Source: Podarcis cretensis (lineage: Eukaryota). From it: a stretch of DNA of 64,000 bases. Shown piece by piece: positions 1 through 12,390 of the stretch; position 1 is the first letter of the stretch, and every line of letters begins with the position of its first letter. Under the pieces are notes generated by a model. It was not told the origin of the DNA, did not search any database, and was given only the letters and a program-made list of their open reading frames with translations. The position numbers and the translations under genes were made by a program. The DNA is taken from assembly GCA_951804945.1 (NCBI GenBank), contig OX638164.1:12524001-12588000 (forward strand), written 5' to 3'.

Positions 1-477
1 GACAGGAGTCTTCCCTGGCTCTACCTGGAGATGTTTCTGTATGGATGGTCTTTTCCCTTATCCATCCATGAGTTGGTATAATCTACACACAACTTTTTCC
101 CCATGAAGCCGATTATAAAATGTCCTAAACAAACAAGCCCCTTTCAAAGTTATCTGAGTCAGACATCATCGCTGCACCAGCGAGATTCAAAATATCATTA
201 TGTGCTGTGTGAAGAACTTTAGACTGCCCTGAATCTCCTGCCAAGCAATTTCATCAAGTGATCTCCAGTGTCTATTCTTGAGACCACATTCACATACAAA
301 GATAAGCCTATTATGATGTGCATAAGCCACAATGGTCATAAGACCACACTCTCCTATCCCCTCACATGCTGCCAGGATGACAACTTTGGAAGCTCTAAGT
401 TTACTAGACCAGGGCTTTCCATTTCCATTTCATTTGAACTGGGGGATAATGGTTCAACCCTAACTATGGCCAGTTTC

Positions 478-786
478 AGCTTAAAAACAAATTGGTGTAA
501 TATAAACACTGACAACTGGGACACACTGGAGAATAGCCTTGACCAAAGGTGGGCTTTGAAGACTCTCGAACTCAGGACAAAAGGGAGAAACGTGCTAAGA
601 GGAAGGCATGCTTAGCAAACCCTCACCGTGATCAACTCCCACCCGGAAACCTATGTCCCCACTGTGGAAGGATGTGTGGATCCAGAATTGGCCTCCACAG
701 TCACTTATGGACTCACTGTTAAAATCGTGTTTATGGAAGACAGTTTTACTCGGCTACGAATGATCACCAAAGAAGAAAGAAGAAGA
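478..786 (+). mobile_element. RTE-clade LINE 3' fragment with C-terminal C2H2 motif and (GAA)n tail
   Basis: Encodes CPHCGRMCGSRIGLHSHLWTHC*, ends in agaagaaagaagaaga; closely similar second copy at 33949-34189. Confidence 0.75.
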
Positions 787-1924
787 AAAAAAAACTGATT
801 TCAAAGCATGGGACTTGCTTCTTTAAATTAGTCGTAGCAAGTGCAATGTATGATCTACAGTCTCAATGAAGGAGGTAGCTGTGGTTCACAAAAACTGAAA
901 GGAAAAGCTTCTGAAGTCTATCTCAACCATGGGAGAGGAAGAAGCAAAGGACCCTGAGGCTGGCTGCAGCTTTTGCACGTCACAATAAGCCATAGTTTAT
1001 GGTGCAAATGCAGTCTATATTGGTATTTACCAGCACATCTCCATTGCTTAGAGATGTGGCTACATGTATATGTTATAATTCTGCCGAACTGCTGAAAGTA
1101 ACATCATCTTCTTGAATATCTTAAGCTCTCATTAAAAAGGAGTCTACAAATATATAGTTAAGTGTGTGTGGGCAAAACCTGCTGAAAACTCAGAAGCTGA
1201 CTTGGTGGATATAAGAACTTTGTGGCTGGAGTGCCCCTTTCAATGAGTAGCTAAGTGAGAATAGTGCAGAATAAATTACACAAAATTTAAGTGAAATTGG
1301 GCAAAATGTGTTCAATTTGTGTAATTTAGATAGGCCGATCGCTTGGCTTTTCTTGATGCAGAGTTTGGTAACTCAACCCAGGAAACAGAGCAAACTCAGC
1401 CCCTATGCAGTAGTTAATCAGAATGTGACCTTGTGGCTGCTTAACGATACAAGGCAAGAATGACCACACAACACCTGTTCTGCGCTGTCCGCCTCCAGTC
1501 CCTTGCCAGGCAGTTGAATGACTGAAGTTAAGACAGGGCTACTACTGTAAGAATCTAAAATTAGGGATCTCCTACATTTCAGATAATGGTTCTGGAGGCA
1601 CTGTGAATCCTGCCACCATACTTTAAAGTAGCAGCTGACCAGGGGTTTGCTGCTCCTTCCAAATATTTTTTTTATATTCCTCCCTCTATCCCAGGAGTGG
1701 GGAGGATGTTGCCCTCCAGAAGTTGCAGGAGTACAACTCCCATCCATCCCTGACACCAGAGGCCAACCATTTCTGGAGGGCCACTCAGGTTCCCCACCCC
1801 TGCCGTGTCCCTTCAAATAAGCTCTGCACCCCACAGGTACTTCTAAAAAGATACGGCTGTTTTCACTCAGTGTATCTTTTGTTGTTGCTTTCTACATATT
1901 TTTGCTCTTACGCCCTTGCTGTAC

Positions 1925-1984
<60 letters not shown>
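1925..1984. repeat. (TCTG)3(TCTA)n tetranucleotide microsatellite
   Basis: Direct reading. Confidence 0.97.
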
Positions 1985-1985
<1 letters not shown>

Positions 1986-2859
1986 TCATGGTTTTATGCT
2001 TTTATGGAGCAGACCTCAGCAACAGGAGCATGTTAACATAAACATAACTAATTATAAATCATGCCTGTGAGACATCTGAAAGGACACCTTACTTAAATAT
2101 AGGAAATCCTGCTTGTGCAGATTCACACAGTACCTGCTAACTATGTCATTGCTGGCATCTGGTTAGCTTCCAGGTACAATACAATGTGATTCTGTGCCCA
2201 GAAAAGAGCTCAAAACCATGGGTGGGGAACTTGGGACTCTCCAGATGTTGCTGGAATACAACTCTTGTAAGCCCCTAGTTGGGGCTGTTGGGAGTTTGAG
2301 TTCAACCACATCTGGAGAGCTCCCCACCCCTGACTTAAATGGTCTGGTCTAGAGCAGAGGTATTCTGCCTGTAGGAACAGATCCCTTGGCCACATTGCTG
2401 CTTGACTAGTACCACATATGGTAAACAGTGGATCCCATATTGCAATTTTAGTTTAAAAATTAATACATGTTTGGGCTAAAGATCATTCCCAGGTCTACTG
2501 GTACGGAGTATCTTATTTTACTTTATCAAAATGTACATACTACTCGATTGTATAAAACCCTCTAAGTGGGCTTAGGGATTGCCTTCTTTTGTACAAAGCT
2601 CAGTGGTGAGATCCTGCTCCTGGGCTCTTGGCTTCCCGTGACTATAAAGCTGACACTCTGTCCCTGTCAGCCCTGTACTTAAGGTCTTCCAATGAGAGCC
2701 TGCTCCAAAATCCAACTTACGGGGAAGCTAACTTCACCAGGAAGAGGCCCTCCTAATACTTAAGATTTTTAAAATAAATAAGTGTATTTATTTGCTGCCA
2801 TCTCACAGAACATCAGGGCAGTGTACAGCAACTGAAAAAAAAAACACCCTCTAAAAGTG

Positions 2860-3018
2860 GAATGGACTCCCTCTGGAAGTTGCGGACTCTTCTTCCTAGG
2901 AGGTTTTTAAGCAGAGGCCATCCGTCATGGATGCTTAATTGATATTCCTGCATTGCAGGGGGTCGGAGCGGATTACCCTGGGGCTTCCTTCCAGCTTTAC
3001 AATACTCTGATTCCATGA
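2860..3018 (+). mobile_element. CR1 LINE 3' end fragment
   Basis: ...ggaggtttttaagcagaggcc...cctgcattgcagggg...ccttccagc...actctgattccatga (CR1 3' stem and octamer-like tail). Confidence 0.7.
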
Positions 3019-5297
3019 AAAGTAGTTTTTATTTTATTTCACAACACTGATATACCGCTTGGCTCTAAAAGCCCTGATGCCCTGGAATTCCCTTCCAATA
3101 GGAGTTGGCTAAACCTGTAGCCTTTCAGATGCTGCTGGCCTACAAACTCCCATCAGCTCAGCCAGCCTGACAACTGGGAGGGCTGCAGGTTAGCTACCCC
3201 TGCCATGCAGCCTCCTCCGTGCTGTCTTTCAGGAAACGTTTTAAAAATTTGGAAAGTCGGATTCTGCCTTGCTACTGCTATGATATACTGTGATGTGCTG
3301 TTCTGTTCAACTGTACAATTATGTGGTTTGATCTTTTTTATCGTTGCATATAATTTCCACAATGTTGTTAAGGTGCGAGTGTTTGTGTGGAGTTTTAGAA
3401 ATGTAGACAGAATGGGCTGGATCTAGAGGACATGTGTCTGCCGCAGGATTAGCAGAAGCCAGTTTTTTCCCCACCCCACCTCCTCCTAATCACAGCCTTG
3501 CTTACTAAGCCAGGTGATCACAGTGGTCTTAAACTAGAAAAAGAAAACAAAGGAGAGCCGCTAGCGACCTTGGCTGAGACAGATACAGACAACCAGGGGC
3601 CCCAAAACAGAGGTGCTTCCGCCCTTAGCTAATCTAGAGATTTAGGCAAACAGAGGGCAAAAAGGAAACATTGAAATATTGTTCCACACCTAATGCAAGG
3701 TTTGGGGTACATTTCTTGCCTCTTCTGCTGCGTTTTAGGCTTGTCAGCCACGCTGTAGAAAAACAAAAATCATGGAGGGGGGAAAAAGATTTATGTAAAG
3801 TGACATCAGAACAATAGTTAATAAAAGCACTTTTAAAAATGTTCCTCCTGCAGCACAAGAGGACACAGAATCAGGGACCCTGGTTTTCTGCACACTCTGA
3901 AACACGCTGAGAATTTGGCTTCCGGTGTAGAATCCAGAGGAGCCAACCTACTCTGGAGAAGCCCCGGTTTAATTTTTATTTTATTTTTAAAAGTGAGCAA
4001 GCTTCTAGCTCTCAAGGATAGGGGGGGAAAACTGAAAAAAATGTATTAATCTGTTAAAGTTCCTGAAACTAGAAGGGGTCTGGGTGGGTGGAAGGGGGGA
4101 AGGGATGATTTTACAGCTCCCTGATCCTAACTGCAGCCCACCAATTCACCCAGAGTACCCAAGCACCTCCTTCCCCTTTACAGACTTTGTCGCTGTACTA
4201 GTTTGCAATTTGGAGTACATCTTCTAGAGCAGGTGGCAGTGCCTTAAATTGCTAAGGACCCACCTTAGATTTTGCTGAGTTTGCATCCATAATCTGTGCA
4301 CCCACAGTCAATTGTTTCTACCTGCACAATTGATTCTGCTCATAGTAAACCTGCTGCTTTTGGTTTTTCTGGTTGCAGAATGACTTACAGTAAACCAGCG
4401 TCCCTGCATATATAGCATGCAACGACAATGCATCCAAAACCCTACAGGCCCTCGTCTGCATCACCCTTTCAGACTGGCAGGATGTGACTTCACCCCAACA
4501 GAATGGGAAACCCATCATGTTAAGTTTGAGCAGTTTAAGCTACAGGTCCTGGCATGACTGGAATACAGTCCCACAATTTTTAATAGCATTGAGTAGATAG
4601 CACATTTTAATCTAAGATGGCAGTCAAGTTATTCTGCAATTGGCTAAGAACTGGGAAGCCAGTATTACGGAAGGCTGCCATTTGGAAACAGTAGAAGCTA
4701 AGCTTCTGAAAGGGTCATATTATCTAAGAGAGAGAAAGGATACCTAAAGGGTAGCCGCATTTCTACATCAAGAACTGTACATTTTCTGATGACATGTACT
4801 CAATGGACCCAATTTACACCTGGTTTTGGTACCATCAGAGCAACTATGCTACGTTATCAGAATTTCTGTAACCAATACAGCTTGGTTGTGTAAAGATGGG
4901 TAGATAAACATTATACACAATTTCTGCAGTTTTAGAAAAATGTATTTTTTCAGCATATCCATAGCTATTAATATCAAATTAGTTTCTGTACTCCCCCTGT
5001 CTTGGGAGTAATAAGAAACTGATCAAAGACAATCTGCTTCTGCCCCACTCTACATGAATAAAATTCCCTGACATCTTAATTTTACAAAGTTACCAGTTTT
5101 CCCCCTTCACTGTGACATAACCAGTACAGAGGGATGCCTACAAATATGAGATCTCATTGTAAGGAATGGTTGTCATGGAGTATTGGCTCTTTTGCCTTAT
5201 CCTGCAAAGCAGTGTGAACTGTGATGGTGACGGCTGCCAGCCTGCAACCCAACTAATTGTAGAGCGGGTCCCCCCTCTGGGTTGGGGAAATTGAGAG

Positions 5298-5456
5298 CAG
5301 TGGTTCCCAATTAGCTAAGTACTGGGACCTCCTGTTTTTCAAACCAAGTCATGGACCCCCTACTTTTGATAGCTTTATGGTAGTTTTTGTTATGTGAATG
5401 GTGCCACAGAACCCCTGGGTGGGTTACGTCCGCAGACCACCAGTGGGGAACGGCTG
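5298..5456. mobile_element. hAT/Charlie-like MITE (degraded)
   Basis: cagtggttcccaa ... tggggaacggctg imperfect TIRs. Confidence 0.6.
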
Positions 5457-6634
5457 ATCTAAAGTGTTAGGAATCCATGCCAGTCGCTTCCTGTTTCTGC
5501 CCAACAGCTTGATCTCATGATGTTCCAGTAATGTGCGGATCACGGAATCAGCTGGGATTGCTAGGATCAGTTGGGTACTGCCATGCTAGTGTCGCAGGCA
5601 AACAATCCAGCTGATGCTGGAGTGTTCAGTACCTATGTGATCCTGGCTAACCCTCTAAATTCAGTCATCTAAGTATGATGGGATCTTGTCCCAGGGAAAG
5701 CACAATCATGCCATTTAATGTAGTGGTTGAGATGTAGCCACAACTAAAAGGAAAGATATCTGTGAGAAGGACACCAACCACATCCTTCCTGGAAATCTGC
5801 CCTGAACCACAAGCAATGAATAAACCCTCTATTACTGTGCCACAATAGGAACTACCTCTGATAATGCAAACGCTGCCACCTAATCGATGGGTATCTAAGA
5901 GAGGCCTTGCTAGAAGCAACATAGAACGCAACATGCTCCATGCTCACATGTCATAATCACCTCACATAGAGTTCTTTGCCATATGGGTGGAAATACATAC
6001 CTTCTTGATTTCCACCTCCAGGAAATTCCCTTCTTCCAACAACTAAAATAGCTATCTGGTCAGTTCAGCCGTTTCAGACCTGGAACTCACTTTTCACTGA
6101 CTACAGCAATGGGCCCATTTTAAATGTTTACTGTGTATGCCAAACTTTTTGCCTGTTTCTCCTACTTTCTTTTTTAAAAAAAGAACAAGAAGTGGCAATG
6201 GTGCTAGTGGTGCAACTCATAGGAAGCTGGAGCATGACTCAGTTTTGGTCACACAAGCCACTGAAGAGCAATGATCCAAAGCATTTTTTATTTTTAAATT
6301 TTAAAGAATGATTCTGTATACTTGGGTGCTTTTGATTTGCTTTTCCCAAATCTTGGATTTAGTGTCCACAGCAACAAAGCCATTCATCATATAAAGAATG
6401 CTGAGATATGTGGCATTTGGATAATGACATAAAGTAACAAGCAAATTTTGCAGGAACCGTATTAACTTCATTTAGTTCATGGAATAGTTTCCAATTGACT
6501 TGCTCCTGACCCAGTTACCTGAGCTGGCTTTAAAAAGGTTCCTGTTTCCAACATTACTTATAAAAAACAAAGATTTTTTTTTAAAAAAAGAACTGTTCTC
6601 TTAGAACAATCAGAAGCAGTAAAAAGATATTTAC

Positions 6635-6937
6635 CCAGGTTGTTGTCTGTGAGCACCTCTTTGACCCGCTTTGTGATGCCGTAGGTATCCAGTTCCGGTG
6701 ACATAGCGACCAATTCTTGAATGCTGAGTGATGAATGGCCAGAGAGGGGCAATGGCGTTGTGGACTGGGACTCTGAAGCAGACGCCTCACTCGACTCCTG
6801 CAGCTTGCCCTCCTTACTTGTCTCTATGGCAGGACACGGCTGCTGGACCAGTTCCGTTAGGCTCTTCACAGATTCGCTGGAGCTCATGGGGGACTCGGGA
6901 GCAGGACTGCAACTGGCAGATGTCTTTGGGGTGCTTT
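6635..6937 (-). CDS. CUX1: CUX1 exon ~21 (303 nt), start of CUT repeat 3
   Basis: ttgcag|AAAGCACC...AACCTGG|gtaaat; [24 protein letters not shown]...[20 protein letters not shown]. Confidence 0.97.
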
Positions 6938-8392
6938 CTGCAAATCAGCAGGGGAAACAAATAGGGGAAACCAGGGTTAGGCAAAAGACTACTTCATCAA
7001 GGTCTTCCTTCCAGACTTCTTACTGCTTATAAGAAAAGTCAACGACCTCATGTTCTCTAAGTTCACCCGTAACCCCTTCATTTCCCACTTTCAGAAATTC
7101 CTAGGCTTGCTTGCATGCAACCTGCAACCCCACAGTCTACGGTGCCATGATTTAAATACCAATTTGGAGAAGCCATCCTTGCATGTACATCAATGCAAAA
7201 AGTAAGCAAACCTACATTTCAATGCTATAAAAAGACACACGTAGCAATTAACATGCAAAGCCTATCTTATTCTAAGGCAAACCACGGACTCACCCCCCAA
7301 CTCTGCCTGGCTGCAGCTTTCCAAAGTTACCAGCAGAGACTGAACCTGGGACCTTTTGCATGCAAATCATGTCCCCACCATGTAAGTCAGCAGCCCTACA
7401 TAATATACCAGGAGCCTGGCGCTCCATATTACTAGAACCCTTATTAGCTTCCGTATTATCTGAACACTAACACCTGGGTTGGAAGAGTGGAGCAGTCAGA
7501 CTTTCATTTTCTACGAAATTCTAAACACAACCAACAATGCAAACGAAAAGCTTGCACCAGTGCAAGAATGTGGCATTTCGGTCTTCATAAAGTTGATGTA
7601 AGGATGCAGGGGAACCCCAAAACAATGCCACATTTCCCTTACTCCTCCTCAAGTGTATATATTCCGTTTGTCTCTGGCATTTCTGCCATTTCCCAAGTTA
7701 GCCTTAGTTAAAGAGGAGGGTTTTTTTGTGTGTTTTTTTCATGATGAAACTAGCCAGAACTGAGCCAGAAATGGCACCTCTTATTTTTTGCTGTTCAGCT
7801 GGGCTTTGCAAATGGAAGGAACCTTCACTTCTGGGGCTTCAGCTGGCTAGGGCGGAAGATCAGCTGCCCTTAGTGTGCATGTATTTATGTGCATTTTTCT
7901 GAGGAGGGGGTTCCATGGCTTTCATCAGATTCTCAGAGGGGTCTATGACCCCAAAAAGGTTGAAAACCCCTGTCTTAGGAAGAATAATGCCTAGGGTATG
8001 AAGGAGACCAGGGTGGGTGGGGAGAAGGGAGGGTGGGCTTTTTACTTTAAAGCAAAGGGAGAACATACGGGTGCTGCCACCTTGTGAAATGCCTGGAAAG
8101 CAGCAGGTTTTGAGATTTTTCTGCTTCTTCCAACCTTCTTCATGCCAACAGAACTTACGCTTGCTACAACTAAGGAGCAAGCGACTCGAGAAGCAACACA
8201 CAAAGGAAAGAGATTTTTATTTTATTTTTTAAAAAACCTCTTCCCACCTCCGCAGGTGATGGGCTTAATTGTTGGTGTTCCAGCTAAGGGGAATGAAGAG
8301 GACTCAAGAAGCAACACAAGCTGGTTTTTAAAAGCTCCCTGTGCATCATTCCCTCCATTTCTATCTTTTTCACAGATCTTATGGCTGTTGCT

Positions 8393-8955
8393 CAGATGGT
8401 GACAGCAGTCACGAAATTAAAAGATGCCTGCTTCTTGGGAGAAAAGCAATGACAAACCTAGACAGCATCTTGAGAAGTAGAGACATCACCTTGCCAACAA
8501 AGGTCCATATAGTAAAAGCTATGGTTTTCCCAGTAGTGATGTATGGAAGTGAGAGCTGGACCATAAAGAAGGCTGATCGCCGAAGAATTGATGCTTTTGA
8601 ATTATGGTGCTGGAGGAGACTCTTGAGAGTCCCATGGAATGCAAGAAGATCAAACCTCTCCATTCTGAAGGAAATCAGCCCTGAGTGCTCACTGGAAGGA
8701 CAGATCCTGAAGCTGAGGCTCCAATACTTTGGCTACCTCATGAGAAGAGAAGACTCCCTGGAAAAGACCCTGATGTTGGGAAAGATGGAGGGCACAAGGA
8801 GAAGGAGACGACAGAGGATGAGATGGTTGGATGGTGTTCTTGAAGCTACCAGCATGAGTTTGATCAAACTGCGGGAGGCAGTGGAGGACAGAAGTGCCTG
8901 GCGTGCTCTGGTCCATGGGGTCACAAAGAGTCAGACACGACTAAACAACAACAAC
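8393..8955 (+). mobile_element. BovB (RTE) LINE, 5'-truncated 3' end
   Basis: ORF 8341..8988 reads ...RDITLPTKVHIVKAMVFPVVMYGSESWTIKKADRRRIDAFELWCWRRLLRVPW... (BovB RT C-terminus); (CAA)n tail; perfect TSD atggctgttgct at 8381-8392 and 8956-8967. Confidence 0.95.
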
Positions 8956-9389
8956 ATGGCTGTTGCTACCAGCAGTACATTAAAGTAGCCTTTAAAAAAA
9001 CCCTCCGGCTTATCGCCCCCCCCCCCCCCGCAACCCCCTGCAATCATCAGGCTGAAATTGATGGGCCTCGTGGTAGCTTTGCCTGCTTACATGACCAGCT
9101 CAAGAGGAACAGGGGGCTGGGCCGGAGAAAATGGCCGACCGGCCAGCGTAACTTAAGAAGAGAAAGGTTGTTCTGGATAAGGGAGGGGGAAGCAGGGCTG
9201 CATGTGTGTGTGTGTGTGTGTGTTGCTAATTATGGTTTAATATGACCTGGCAACTCTCCCCCTTGGTTGCTTGCCCCAATTTTGCCTGCTTAGTGCTGAT
9301 GCTGCTTTTCGTCTGAGAGCCCTTGCTGTTTGACAAACCATGCATTTCTCTGCATTTCCTCTATGATGCCCTGCATTTTCTGAAAATTG

Positions 9390-9416
<27 letters not shown>
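9390..9416. repeat. (GT)n microsatellite (shorter one at ~9203-9223)
   Basis: Direct reading. Confidence 0.95.
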
Positions 9417-9420
<4 letters not shown>

Positions 9421-12038
9421 TGCGCATGTGCTACTTATGACTTGATTTGATTTGACATGTGATAAGTACAGTGATAGCTGTTGCACATTTTTATGTGGGC
9501 ATACTAAGTAAAGAAGTGGATTGTACCCTCGATACTGTGATGCTTGAAGGAATATTATTATCTGAACCTGTTGGTAAAGGAACTGCCTGTTTTTTTTAAC
9601 TCTCTCCCCATGTCTCCCTCCCTCTTCATCAGAAAAGTGCTTTTCCTCAGTGCAGGAAATCAGAGAAATTTGGCGTTGGGGCAGGGAGGGGCTCAGACAC
9701 CCATGGGGGCTACATGGAAGTCCCCTAAGTGCTGCAAACAGCCTGCAGGTTGCTTACATGTGCTGTATTACCAAAACTAAGATGAAATAACTCCCAGAAT
9801 TCTTTGCTTCTGTCTCCTGCTCCACTGCCCCCATCCGCTTGTATGACTCTATATTTTTATTCTTATTTCTGTTATTATTGCTGCCCAGTTTTTGACCTTA
9901 GATCAAGGTCAGGGCTAAAATGAAACCCTACATTGCTTCTTAATGAACGATCTTTCGTCAATAAACAAAAAGAGGTGTCGATATATTAACTTCTGACAGC
10001 ATAGCAAGAAAAGTGGCGTAGGAGTTGGGAAAGTAATTGCCAAAGGAATGTCTCATTAAGTAGTACAGACAAACAGTCTTGGTTTTGTTTTGGGTTTTGT
10101 TTTTGTCCCTGTATGGCAAACAAAAAAACAGTGAGTATTAACATTTCTTTCAAGAACACAGAGCTGCCAGGACATACTGTCTGTCTCATTCTTGTGAAGA
10201 GCTTCACAAGAACTGTACTCTTCCAGAAGTGTACTCCTAATAAATCTGCACGCTGCACATTCTCCAATATTTCATGGACAGAAATGGTGTGTCCCTGTAA
10301 CCACCCTATTCTCAGAGCAAAATGATCAATGCTTCACTTCATTCCAAATTACTGCAAACTCCATTTACATTTCTTTTAAAATGGACCACTACTGTTTTTT
10401 GTTTTTCTTTAAGTATTTAAATTTCACCACGAGTCTGGCTGAATGTACTGGTGGCGGAAGGGAAGCTGCCCACAGACATTTTGTGATCGTGTGTGCCCTG
10501 ACATGCATGTGCACTAGACTTGGCCTGCATTCTTTTCTTTTTTAAAAATTTAATCTTTATTGGTTTAAAATCAACACAACAAAAGCTTGAAAAAAGAAAA
10601 AAAGAAAAAGAAACAAAAGAAGCACAATACATCTCTTACAAAAACAAGAATAGAACAACACATCACAAATGCACAAAAATGTTCCATCAACTTCCAACTT
10701 CCTTGATATAGAGTTGGCCTGCATTCACCCCCACCCCCCGCACTTAGAGCTATCAAATGAATGCTACTTTTGTGTGTACTAGCAGAAGTTTAAAAAACAT
10801 TTCCAACATCTTCTGAAAAGACAAAATAGGGATAGGAGATAGAGAATATTGTACCTGGGATAGGTACAAGAAAACGTGGGCTGTTGGAGTAGGGGCAGAG
10901 GAGATAATTATTTCTAATCTGTGCCGCTTTCACAAAATGCTCATTCTTGCATCTGTTCTGTTCCATTTCAGCATATATATATATATTTTTAAAAAACAGT
11001 ACCGAGATTCATATTATCTTAATGCACATTCTTTTTTAAAAAATACACTATGAATTATGCATTTTAGAAAGACATTTTGGTCATGTTTTGAGAAGAGAGC
11101 GGTATTGCAAAATTTGAAGACGTGTGAGACTCTAAGGGCAATTATTCTCCAGTACACACAGTTGTGGGAGGTGTGGATTAGGTGAGCTTGCCTCAGAATT
11201 CAAAGAAACCAAATTTCTATGTTAGAACGTACGGCACCTCCTTTTGTGTACAATATTTCAAAAATCCAGACAGAAAAGTTGTTGAGCAACTGTTTTTTGG
11301 CAAAGGTGTTGAGCTTTTATTTTTAGTTTCCCCCAAAATTGTTGATTGTGACCGCTGCTATGCTCTGTCTTGCCGGGGTGCTTAAAATGGTTTAGGAACC
11401 ACTAAACTGGCACCGGAGAGAGAAGGGGTGTGTTAGGAAAAGGACACAAATTATTCCAAGTCCAGTTCTGGCTGAGTCTTCACTGGACAAGGAGATACAA
11501 GGGCCCGCCCATTCCCTTTGCAATCATTGGCCTGACTACTTGTAGTAACAATCCTGAGAACCAGCAAAACTCCATTCCGATTGATGTTTGGGGTTGATGT
11601 TTAAGAGAGATTTTAAAGTGAGGAACAGGATGAGAAGCAGGACTGTGGCCTCCCTCCTAGATCTCATGTTTCCTTTTGCTTTGTCCATCCTCTGGATTCA
11701 AATGAATGAGATCTCTAGGCAGAGGTATTACTACGCCTGCTTATTCCCAGCTGCATGGTCTGGGCAAGTAACAAAATATACAAAACTCCAAAACAAATGT
11801 CTAAAATAGCCTCTGCTTGTCCTCAGCCAAATATTTGCTCAAATAAGAACTTCTTCCAATACTACACTTGGCTTCCTTCTTTTTCCAACATGAGTAGTAC
11901 TATTTGCTTTGGGGAAAAGAAACAAGAATGTCAGAGAAGCTCCGGACGCACACATCAGGAAATTGGTACACACGCCAACTGCAGCACTGGCAACTATGCC
12001 CTGACGTTGTTTGCTTTGCACTAAATGCTGGAGTTATA

Positions 12039-12390
12039 GGGACGCGGGTGGTGCTGTGGGTTAAACCACAGAGCCTAGGGCTTGCTGATCAGAAGGTCGG
12101 TGGTTTGAATCCCTGCAACGGGGTGAGCTCCCGTTGCTCAGTCCCTGCTCCTGCCAACCTAGCAGTTCGAAAACACGTCAAAGTGCAAGTAGATAAATAG
12201 GTACCGCTCCGGCGGGAAGGTAAACGGCGTTTCCGTGCACTGCTCTGGTTCACCAGAAGCGGCTCAGTCATGCTGGCCACATGACCCAGAAGCTGTACGC
12301 CGGCTCCCTCGGCCAGTAAAGAGATGAGCACCACAACCCCAGAGTCGGCCACAACTGGATCTAATGGTCAGGGGTCCCTTTTCCTTTACC
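12039..12390 (+). mobile_element. Sauria SINE, full length
   Basis: GGGACGCGGGTGG head and (ACCTTT)-type tail; ~17-bp TSD taaatgctggagttata / taaatgctggcgttaga at 12022-12038 and 12391-12407. Confidence 0.9.

Noticed and set aside
1-6634. CUX1 exon 22 (rest of CUT3)
   Set aside because: No [21 protein letters not shown]-coding sequence found; it must lie beyond position 1.
8341-8988. 215-aa ORF as a host gene
   Set aside because: It is the BovB RT C-terminus bounded by a TSD; the start codon lies in flanking DNA.
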